DNA of 8,887 nt from a virus (taxonomy: Duplodnaviria; Heunggongvirae; Uroviricota; Caudoviricetes). Below the pieces are notes generated by a model. The model searched no databases. It was given only the letters and a program-made list of their open reading frames with translations, and was not told where the DNA came from. The stretch is taken from IMG/VR virus record IMGVR_UViG_2778261251_000018, positions 1 through 8,887 of that record; one strand, 5' to 3'. Positions 1 through 5,329 of the stretch are shown here, piece after piece. Within the stretch, counting starts at the first letter, position 1. Every line of letters starts with the position of its first letter. The position numbers and the translations under genes were made by a program.

Positions 1-46
1 GAAAGCGTGCGTATTGCCTGAAAACACAACCCGCTACGGGGGAGAC

Positions 47-292
47 TTACCCGAAATCTGATTTATTCAACAAAGCCATGGTGAGGTTGAGAAAGAACTC
101 TGCGGGATCAACCTGCGTATATTTCCCGTAAAAAATTCGTAGGGCTATCCACGCAGCAGACAGAATCGCCAGGTAAGCAGTTAGTGAGATAAAAAAACGA
201 TAGCGGCCTGTTTTTTGAAAAAACATCAACCGCAGTGCCAGCATCAGACAGATAATTGCATTGGCATTGATGAGGACAGAGTGCAGGGTCAT
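47..292 (-). CDS. Small two-TM membrane protein, holin-like (putative lysis-cassette gene), 81 aa
   Basis: ORF-track ORF. ATG at 292-290 shares one nt with the upstream gene's TAA stop (TAATG). AAGGGG Shine-Dalgarno ~8 nt upstream. Two hydrophobic segments (res ~6-25 and ~33-54) and a short polar tail. Second gene after the putative Q/late promoter. Holin assignment is inferred from position and topology, not from recognised sequence identity. Confidence 0.45.
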   Translation of the reverse strand: MTLHSVLINANAIICLMLALRLMFFQKTGRYRFFISLTAYLAILSAAWIALRIFYGKYTQVDPAEFFLNLTMALLNKSDFG

Positions 293-675
293 TATTTCAT
301 CCCCTTATCTGATTTCCATAAACGAGCTTGTGACATGATCCGCAACAGTGATGTAACGCTGATTACTGATGCAACCAGTGCACCAATGGCGGGAGAGACT
401 TTTACTGTTACGGGAGGGTTCAGGTGACTCAGCACCGCATTCAGAATACCGGTAATGATGGCTGATGCTGTCTCAGCGCAATACACACCGCCAACAAACG
501 AAATGAGTGCGAAAATAACCTGCTTCCAGAATCGATGCTGCCCGGATGACAACACATAGAGAGCTGCGCCTGCCAGCGCACAGATCATCACTGCAGGTGT
601 TGCCTCAGGAAATAACGCAGCAAACGTCACCCCCGCCGAGCCAGCAGCAACGCCAGCGGTTAGAGGTTCAGACAT
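292..675 (-). CDS. Multi-TM membrane protein, putative holin or lysis-associated protein, 127 aa; first gene of the late operon
   Basis: ORF-track ORF. ATG at 675-673 with AGGAAA ~7 nt upstream. Three to four hydrophobic helices followed by a basic C-terminus (RIMSQARLWKSDKGMK), typical of holins. Lies immediately downstream of the pR'/tR'-like region. Confidence 0.5.
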   Translation of the reverse strand: MSEPLTAGVAAGSAGVTFAALFPEATPAVMICALAGAALYVLSSGQHRFWKQVIFALISFVGGVYCAETASAIITGILNAVLSHLNPPVTVKVSPAIGALVASVISVTSLLRIMSQARLWKSDKGMK

Positions 676-692
676 GATTTTTCCTGATTCAG

Positions 693-719
693 AAACGACA
701 AAACCCCGCCGTGGCGAGG
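693..719 (-). terminator. tR'-like intrinsic terminator between putative Q and the late genes
   Basis: Minus-strand RNA 5'-CCUCGCC-ACGG-CGGGG followed by UUUUGUCGUUUCU. GC-rich 6-bp stem with one mismatch (704-709 with 714-719), 4-nt loop, U-rich tail from plus 693-703. Confidence 0.45.
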
Positions 720-786
720 TTCTTAGAAATTTGGCAACATACCAAATTAGCGTTAAATATGGCCTATTTTGTTCGGTTTTGCAAGC

Positions 787-792
787 ATTATA
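787..792 (-). promoter_or_regulatory. Consensus -10 hexamer TATAAT, putative pR'-like late promoter
   Basis: Minus strand reads cgtttgcgTATAATgcttgc, overlapping the stop codon of the putative Q gene and ~70 nt upstream of the terminator at 693-719. No good -35 found (GAACCA at 17-bp spacing). Confidence 0.3.
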
Positions 793-1459
793 CGCAAACG
801 TCGTCTAAATGGTTCTGATAATGATGCAAAGTTGCAAAAAGTGCCACTTCATCAAGTGCTCTCACCGCCTCTTTCATTCCTACCCAGTGCGGGGAGTATG
901 TTTCGCACCAGGTGGAACGAGAAACAGACAACATTCCAGCTAGCGCAGATCCGGCCATCTCCTTAAAATCCTCGCGTTTATTTGCTGCTGCGACCGCCTG
1001 CACGGACAACCACACCAACGAAAGCAGGCGCTTGACTACTTTTCTCTGAGTTGACGCAGAGATGTTTCCTTTATAGCGACTCCAGACAGCCTCACAAATA
1101 GCTGTTTGGTGTTTGAACGCCAGGTTACCACCGTAGCAATAGCGCAACCACGCCTGCTGGCTAACGTCGAGCGCGTTCACGGCACGGCGCCACGATGAAT
1201 CAGCGAATTCAAAATCATTCATCGGCGGCGCGGGGCGACGTCTGCTGAAACTTTCCAGGGCATAAACTGGCGGAACCAGAGCATCAACGGTCCGGTCCTC
1301 CAGTTGCACACGATGAATATGTTTGCGTGGGTATGCGTTTTTATCTGCTGGCGGGTGCTCACACAATGCTTCCAGTTGCCCCTTAGAACCACCAGACAAA
1401 TCCCGTAATGCAGCACGCAGTTTTATGCGGGTATATTCCAATAAATACTCGTTACTCAT
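788..1459 (-). CDS. Putative late-gene antitermination protein Q, 223 aa
   Basis: ORF-track ORF. GAGGAG Shine-Dalgarno 8 nt before the ATG. Start overlaps the stop of the upstream DUF1364 gene (TGATG). Position is canonical for lambdoid Q: last gene of the nin-type operon, directly followed by a -10/terminator pair and lysis-like genes. The assignment is positional; I did not recognise a Q zinc-finger motif by eye. Confidence 0.5.
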   Translation of the reverse strand: MSNEYLLEYTRIKLRAALRDLSGGSKGQLEALCEHPPADKNAYPRKHIHRVQLEDRTVDALVPPVYALESFSRRRPAPPMNDFEFADSSWRRAVNALDVSQQAWLRYCYGGNLAFKHQTAICEAVWSRYKGNISASTQRKVVKRLLSLVWLSVQAVAAANKREDFKEMAGSALAGMLSVSRSTWCETYSPHWVGMKEAVRALDEVALFATLHHYQNHLDDVCV

Positions 1460-1752
1460 CAGATAAACTCCTCATCGCGCCAGATAGCCAGTGTTCTGAA
1501 AACTCCTTCAGCGTGCATCAACAACAATGAGTCGTGCTCGTAATCCGTTTTTGTACGCCCGTCGATGGCATCGTGACACGCACTGCAGGCGATAGCGCCC
1601 TGCATATCGTGAGGTTTGATGGCTGTGCCGCACGTTCCGGCGAGGCGGTAGTGAGCCAGTACACTGGTTTCCGGATTGTGATTACACACACCGGGGATAC
1701 GCACAGTACAAGCGCGACCGCATGCAGCTTTTCTCAGGTCGATTTTTTTCAT
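1459..1752 (-). CDS. DUF1364 family (YbcO-like) nin-region protein, Cys/His-rich putative nuclease, 97 aa
   Basis: ORF-track ORF. Cys/His pattern (C11, C15, C23, C41, C56, C59, H60) and ~95-aa length match the DUF1364/YbcO family of lambdoid nin regions as I remember it. 4-nt ATGA overlap with the upstream gene. Confidence 0.75.
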   Translation of the reverse strand: MKKIDLRKAACGRACTVRIPGVCNHNPETSVLAHYRLAGTCGTAIKPHDMQGAIACSACHDAIDGRTKTDYEHDSLLLMHAEGVFRTLAIWRDEEFI

Positions 1753-2345
1753 GATGTGTAATCCAGCAGCTGCGCGGCAGCATTTTCAGCGGCCTCCTGA
1801 GAGGCAAACGTGCGGAACAAAATATAATTCCACAGCACATCTAAAACGGCTGAATACAGTTGACCGAACTCAAGATCGTCCATCGCAGCAAACGAGATTG
1901 AACGAGGTACGCGCATCAAACTGCCATCCGGCATCTGATGAACGTCATAAAACCCAGCTTCCATAATCGCCCAGGCGCGAAACGCCTCGAACGACTTCAC
2001 CGCACTGATATTCCCCGCGCGCTTTTCCGACTCATCGAGAAGATACTGATCAGCCAGCTCTGCCATGACATCACCGTGTCCACCGTAATACGCCAGTAAC
2101 TTAACGTAGCCATGGACCAGTTCGCGCTCCGCAGGAGAAATAGCCCCTCCGGACGGATGCCAGTAATCAAAGCCCAGGTTTAGAAGTGAGAAAAATTTAC
2201 GATGAAACGCGGGATTACGCGCCTGTTTGAAATCTGCATACACAACAGCATCTGGTTTGACTCGTTCAGTCAACCAGCGTTGCGTGTCTGGTGTCGCGGG
2301 TATTAGCGAACCGCCGGATACCCTGATAAATGAATGCTGCGCCAT
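1749..2345 (-). CDS. nin-region phage protein, DUF1367-like, 198 aa
   Basis: ORF-track ORF. GGAG Shine-Dalgarno 8 nt upstream of the ATG at 2345. Translationally coupled to the DUF1364 gene. The DUF1367 label comes from remembered co-occurrence with DUF1364 in enterobacterial prophages and needs an HMM check. Confidence 0.6.
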   Translation of the reverse strand: MAQHSFIRVSGGSLIPATPDTQRWLTERVKPDAVVYADFKQARNPAFHRKFFSLLNLGFDYWHPSGGAISPAERELVHGYVKLLAYYGGHGDVMAELADQYLLDESEKRAGNISAVKSFEAFRAWAIMEAGFYDVHQMPDGSLMRVPRSISFAAMDDLEFGQLYSAVLDVLWNYILFRTFASQEAAENAAAQLLDYTS

Positions 2346-2374
2346 GTTTAACTCCAGGTGGCGCGGCAGTGCTC

Positions 2375-2406
2375 AGAAAATGGTGCCGGGTGTTCAGACC
2401 AGCACC
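2375..2406 (-). terminator. Intrinsic terminator between the small SOS-box gene and the DUF1367-DUF1364-Q operon (nin-region tR2-like)
   Basis: Minus-strand RNA GGUGCUGG-UCUGAACAC-CCGGCACC followed by AUUUUCU. 8-bp stem (7 Watson-Crick plus 1 G-U), 9-nt loop. The hairpin is better on the minus strand than the plus strand (G-U versus C-A). Confidence 0.45.
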
Positions 2407-2422
2407 AGTATTATACCGCGTA

Positions 2423-2602
2423 TTACGCGTCAGGGGGTGTAATAGTATATCCAGCTGTTTCTGCCAACTCGAGAAACGCCAGCAGGCTGGCAATCCGCTC
2501 GTCGTCGCTGAGGACGCGTACAATCACTACGCGCCCCTCTTCTCGTTTGATTACAGCCCGGCACGTATCCGGTAATTTGCTGATCGCCTCGTGTGTGTTC
2601 AT
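2423..2602 (-). CDS. Small hypothetical protein, 59 aa (MNTHEAISKLPDTCRAVIKREEGRVVIVRVLSDDERIASLLAFLELAETAGYTITPPDA), candidate SOS-induced regulator
   Basis: Not in the ORF track (below 60 aa); translated by hand. ATG at 2602-2600, TAA at 2425-2423. GGGGGA Shine-Dalgarno 5-10 nt upstream. Sits between a LexA-box promoter and a terminator, forming a self-contained transcription unit. Confidence 0.5.
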   Translation of the reverse strand: MNTHEAISKLPDTCRAVIKREEGRVVIVRVLSDDERIASLLAFLELAETAGYTITPPDA

Positions 2603-2620
2603 ATTTCCCCCTGACAGAAA

Positions 2621-2640
2621 CCCTGTATATATATACAGTA
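2621..2640. promoter_or_regulatory. LexA (SOS) box, perfect match to the CTGT-N8-ACAG consensus
   Basis: ccCTGTATATATATACAGta; core at 2623-2638 is CTGT + (AT)4 + ACAG, matching the E. coli LexA consensus TACTGTATATATATACAGTA. Overlaps the -10 of the minus-strand promoter. Confidence 0.75.
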
Positions 2641-2658
2641 TTTTTTATCGTATGTCAT
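2630..2658 (-). promoter_or_regulatory. Sigma70-like promoter for the 59-aa gene, with the -10 inside the LexA box
   Basis: Minus strand: -35 ATGACA (plus 2653-2658), 17-bp spacer, -10 TATATA (plus 2630-2635). Predicted start ~20 nt upstream of the ATG at 2602. Confidence 0.45.
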
Positions 2659-2715
2659 AACATCAAATGCAATGGGGGAATAATGAGCAATTATATTCAC
2701 CGCGTGAATTTGATT

Positions 2716-2746
2716 AAACGGTTTATTCCCGGAAAAAACGGTTTAT
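2716..2746. repeat. Tandem direct repeat of AAACGGTTTAT, two copies 20 bp apart
   Basis: Copies at 2716-2726 and 2736-2746. Each copy is internally near-palindromic (AAAC-G-GTTT). Located ~60-90 bp upstream of the LexA-box promoter and just past the stop of the 210-aa gene. Confidence 0.4.
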
Positions 2747-2751
2747 GGTTA

Positions 2752-3384
2752 TTATTTTTCATTTCCATAAACATGGGTTAACCATTTTCTAATAGTTGAC
2801 TCCGCCGGAACGTCAGCATATTTTTTTACGAGAATTTCGTTAATACGTGCCACCGCCGCACTAACCCGTGCGTGGGGATTATTTGTGAAAAAAACCTCTG
2901 CAATCTGTAATGCCTCGTCTTTTAGCCTGTGCTGTGGCCTCCCTCCGCCCTTTGTTCCCAGATAACGCGCCAGTTGTTTGAACCGGTACGCCACGATTAG
3001 TGGCCGCATCATCATATTGAAAAAATCACGTGCATCGTCGTCCTCTCCTCGCGCTATCAACAGCGCAAAAAACAGGTACGGTATTGTATATACGTCAGGG
3101 GAAATCATTACGCGCCTGCACACAGTCGGCGCCAGTGCGATCAGTGTGTCTGCCAGCGCGTCGCTCTCTCCTCCACGTTTGTAATACCGGTAGAGTGGTC
3201 CTAAGTCGAGTTCACTGGTATTGAATCCAGTCACAGCCTCACGAACCTCGTCTGCCAGCGCGTTGTAAATCGCCCCTGTACGTTTTGTGTAGAGTCTCCG
3301 GGTTGCCCCCCGGTTATCCAGCGCCCGCAGCATGTCAAGTCGGGTGACAAACGTTTCAGGCCAGTCCTCATAGAATGATCTCAT
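2752..3384 (-). CDS. Hypothetical protein, 210 aa; unknown-function accessory (moron-like) gene
   Basis: ORF-track ORF 2752..3420, trimmed to the ATG at 3384 (MRSFYEDWPE...), which has a GAGGTG Shine-Dalgarno ~7 nt upstream. The 12 extra N-terminal codons have no ribosome-binding site. No family recognised. Confidence 0.7.
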   Translation of the reverse strand: MRSFYEDWPETFVTRLDMLRALDNRGATRRLYTKRTGAIYNALADEVREAVTGFNTSELDLGPLYRYYKRGGESDALADTLIALAPTVCRRVMISPDVYTIPYLFFALLIARGEDDDARDFFNMMMRPLIVAYRFKQLARYLGTKGGGRPQHRLKDEALQIAEVFFTNNPHARVSAAVARINEILVKKYADVPAESTIRKWLTHVYGNEK

Positions 3385-3625
3385 ATCCACCTCGAATAAT
3401 AAAAACAGCACTATTTGCACAATTTATTATTCGTTGTCGCATCGCAGAGTTCTATAAAAAGAAAACCCGCCGAGTCAGGGTTTTGTTATGACTCGTGAAA
3501 CAACCATCCAAGTTTTTAGACTGAACGGTGATACTTGCAAATATTTGAAAATATGGGCTGGGCCCCTATCTTATGATGTGCCTGGTAATTTATATTGTTG
3601 GGTCTTTATATCATGAGGAATCACT

Positions 3626-3859
3626 ATGGGTACGTTAGGCAACCAGCCGTGCAGAAGTCGTTATGAGTTCGATGATTTTAATTTAGCCAATCGGGCTGAG
3701 GCTCTTACTAAGTTAGCAAAAGAAACTGATGTATCGGTAGATACTTTAATCAAACTTGAAATTGCTATGCAACTGAATCGGCTCAACTCCATCCTTATCG
3801 AAAACGGTGACAAGATGGATGAGAACCTGGCAGGTATTGGCGAGATACTGCAGAAGTGA
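3626..3859 (+). CDS. Hypothetical small protein, 77 aa; only convincing plus-strand gene
   Basis: ORF-track ORF. GAGGAA Shine-Dalgarno 7 nt upstream. Followed 5 nt after the stop by a GC-rich hairpin. Divergent from the 210-aa gene across a 240-bp AT-rich intergenic region. Confidence 0.6.
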   Translation: MGTLGNQPCRSRYEFDDFNLANRAEALTKLAKETDVSVDTLIKLEIAMQLNRLNSILIENGDKMDENLAGIGEILQK

Positions 3860-3863
3860 GAAT

Positions 3864-3883
3864 AGCCCCTCTTTTGAGGGGCT
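3864..3883 (+). terminator. Stem-loop terminator candidate after the 77-aa gene
   Basis: AGCCCCTC-tttt-GAGGGGCT: perfect 8-bp GC-rich stem with a 4-nt loop. The downstream U-tract is weak (gcaccTTTaaT) and a second hairpin (GCACCTT-taat-AAGGTGC, 3881-3898) abuts it. Confidence 0.4.
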
Positions 3884-3996
3884 GCACCTTTAATAAGGTG
3901 CGATATTCTTCACGTTTCACCGTCACCTGGGTGCTCAGTACCGTTGAAAACGGTATTCAGAAACTGGTAATCATGTCAATCACCTGGAAAGGCAAG

Positions 3997-4033
3997 CCCC
4001 GCGAGATGGTGAGGCTACCGGAGCATCGCGGGG
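3997..4033 (-). terminator. Hairpin just past the stop of the 226-aa membrane-protein gene
   Basis: CCCCGCGA ... TCGCGGGG: 8-bp GC-rich arms with a 21-nt loop, starting 4 nt after the stop at 4037. The following sequence is only moderately U-rich, so the call is weak. Confidence 0.3.
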
Positions 4034-4036
4034 ATA

Positions 4037-4717
4037 CTATTCGGCACTTGTGTTAGGTTGCTGAGCGTTCTCGTTTTTGTCTTTATTAAATTGAATGTTT
4101 GGCTGTTGGAATAACGATCCCTGCAGATTTTTAAACGCTCCATCCACAATGTCGTCTCTGGATTTTTGTGGCAATGCCCAAGTACAAATACCATAGACAA
4201 TGACAGCGAAGGTTATTGTGGCGAAAATGCTGGCAAACCCATTCCAGTACCATCCTAACGAGCGGGAAACACGCCCACGTTTGCGTGCCTGGGTGATTTC
4301 AACCATGCGATGAAAATTGAGAATAGCATCCTCTCCAGCCTTCCTTAGCTCGCTCTCACGTGATGCTTTCATAGCCTGTATTTCTGCTTTCAGCCGTTCT
4401 ATTTCAACATCCTGCAAGTTAGCACCGGCTAACTGTGCATCGTACTCAAGCCGGATATCAGCATCTATCTGGTCTGTTAAGTTTGTGACGATGGCTTCTG
4501 CTTTTTCTTTGTAAGACTCAATTCGGCCTGGCGAGTTAACTGTCTGCTCATGAAAGATCTTCAGTTGGGCGTTAATATCTTCTTCTGTATATTCGCCACT
4601 ACTACGCAACTTCTCTGCATATTCATTTTTGTCGTGCTTATAGAGCGCGTAAGCCAAAAAGCCAGATGTGTCATCTTTCCCTGTAACTAATTGAGTAAAA
4701 ACCCAGAGCTTTTCCAT
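4037..4717 (-). CDS. Coiled-coil protein with a single C-terminal transmembrane helix, 226 aa; candidate membrane-anchored exclusion or abortive-infection effector
   Basis: ORF-track ORF 4037..4765, trimmed to the ATG at 4717 (MEKLWVFTQL...). The upstream 16 codons start at TTG and run through the terminator hairpin. Predicted helical heptad-like region (res ~75-130), hydrophobic stretch LGWYWNGFASIFATITFAVIVYGICTWAL (res ~155-182), Q/N-rich tail. No family recognised. Confidence 0.7.
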   Translation of the reverse strand: MEKLWVFTQLVTGKDDTSGFLAYALYKHDKNEYAEKLRSSGEYTEEDINAQLKIFHEQTVNSPGRIESYKEKAEAIVTNLTDQIDADIRLEYDAQLAGANLQDVEIERLKAEIQAMKASRESELRKAGEDAILNFHRMVEITQARKRGRVSRSLGWYWNGFASIFATITFAVIVYGICTWALPQKSRDDIVDGAFKNLQGSLFQQPNIQFNKDKNENAQQPNTSAE

Positions 4718-4730
4718 TTGGTTTTTCCGC

Positions 4731-4758
4731 AATAAAAAAGCGCCAGAAAAAGGCGCTT
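4731..4758 (-). terminator. Strong rho-independent terminator between the 64-aa gene and the 226-aa gene
   Basis: Minus-strand RNA AAGCGCC-UUUUUCU-GGCGCUU followed by UUUUAUU. 7-bp stem (4738-4744 with 4752-4758), 7-nt loop. Begins ~19 nt after the stop of the 64-aa gene and ends 14 nt before the ATG of the 226-aa gene. Confidence 0.7.
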
Positions 4759-4776
4759 TAATCAATTAAAGTAAAA

Positions 4777-4971
4777 TTATCCTTTGGCTACAACTGTCCT
4801 GAATGCACGATCCATCATTACTCGCGCAGTATCTCGTGATCTCTGTATTGAAGCAGAGCCAGAGGACATTGAAGCAGTAGGCTTAGCAGGGGCTCTATTT
4901 TGTGCTAATGCACTGCGAGCAATGTCAGCCTTACGGCTATCTGACAGTGGTCGAAGTTCATATTTAGCCAT
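4777..4971 (-). CDS. Small basic Ser/Ala/Arg-rich hypothetical protein, 64 aa
   Basis: ORF-track ORF. Near-ideal GGAGGA Shine-Dalgarno ending 4 nt before the ATG (GGAGGATAAATG). Canonical terminator just downstream. Preferred over the antisense ORF 4784..5152, which starts at TTG. Confidence 0.6.
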   Translation of the reverse strand: MAKYELRPLSDSRKADIARSALAQNRAPAKPTASMSSGSASIQRSRDTARVMMDRAFRTVVAKG

Positions 4972-4994
4972 TTATCCTCCCCATATATCCGGCG

Positions 4995-5034
4995 ATTATC
5001 CACAATCCAACACTGTTGACTATTCTGTGGATAG
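4995..5034 (-). promoter_or_regulatory. Promoter of the 64-aa gene flanked by inverted DnaA-box-like 9-mers (candidate operator)
   Basis: Minus strand: -35 TAGTCA (plus 5017-5022), 16-bp spacer, -10 GATAAT (plus 4995-5000). TTATCCACA at 4996-5004 matches the DnaA-box consensus TTATNCACA; its inverted partner TGTGGATAG at 5026-5034 is the complement of CTATCCACA. The perfect 8-bp arms are 21 bp apart. Confidence 0.3.
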
Positions 5035-5329
5035 TTTACCACAGACACCGTTAAATGCCATGTGCAGAATTGTCAAGCACTTAAACGACGAAAATCACTA
5101 TATGCAGGTTATTTTATTTCAGCTACCACTAGATGTAGTAAGTAGTCGCTAAAAATAAATAATGTTTGATAATGAAGTCGGTTTAAGAGCAGCTGGTCTG
5201 CGTTAGATGCAGGTACTCAGCTGGCTGCTTGCGCAGGATCGCCTCTGCGATAACAGGCATGCTCAGGCATTCTTTGCAAGCCACATCTGGATACCCCTTA
5301 TCAGACGATACGTAATATCCATCCAGCAT

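Noticed and set aside
215-427. Plus-strand 70-aa ORF
   Set aside because: Antisense to the two coupled membrane-protein genes, no ribosome-binding site; shadow ORF.
769-966. Plus-strand 65-aa ORF
   Set aside because: Antisense shadow over the 3' end of the putative Q gene and the pR'-like region.
1219-1416. Minus-strand 65-aa ORF
   Set aside because: Alternative frame entirely inside the putative Q gene.
1534-1966. Plus-strand ORFs 1534..1761 and 1751..1966
   Set aside because: Antisense to the DUF1364 and DUF1367 genes; no ribosome-binding sites, composition not protein-like.
2227-2660. Overlapping ORFs 2227..2442 (+), 2266..2523 (-), 2330..2575 (+), 2358..2660 (+)
   Set aside because: Low-complexity Arg/Ser-rich translations that overlap the DUF1367 start, the terminator and the hand-translated 59-aa gene. 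The 2423..2602 minus ORF, with its ribosome-binding site, promoter and terminator, explains the region better.
2593-2781. Plus-strand 62-aa ORF spanning the LexA box
   Set aside because: Runs across the palindromic operator and the intergenic repeats, has no ribosome-binding site and has AT-rich low-complexity codons.
2978-3224. Plus-strand ORFs 2978..3184 and 3030..3224
   Set aside because: Antisense shadows inside the 210-aa gene.
3462-3484. AAAACCC-(9 nt)-GGGTTTT hairpin in the divergent intergenic region
   Set aside because: Only three G-C pairs; the rest of the stem is A-U. It sits between two divergent gene starts where a terminator is not expected. Too weak to call.
3856-4056. Plus-strand 66-aa ORF
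   Set aside because: Its start lies inside the terminator hairpin and it runs through the multi-hairpin intergenic region; no ribosome-binding site.
4015-4514. ORFs 4015..4200 (-) and 4317..4514 (+)
   Set aside because: Out-of-frame or antisense overlaps with the 226-aa membrane-protein gene.
4718-4765. N-terminal 16-codon extension of the 226-aa ORF (TTG start at 4765)
   Set aside because: The extension is translated straight through the intrinsic terminator hairpin and has no ribosome-binding site. The ATG at 4717 is the more plausible start.
4784-5152. Plus-strand 122-aa ORF
   Set aside because: Starts at TTG with no ribosome-binding site and fully overlaps the minus-strand 64-aa gene, which has a near-perfect Shine-Dalgarno and a canonical terminator.
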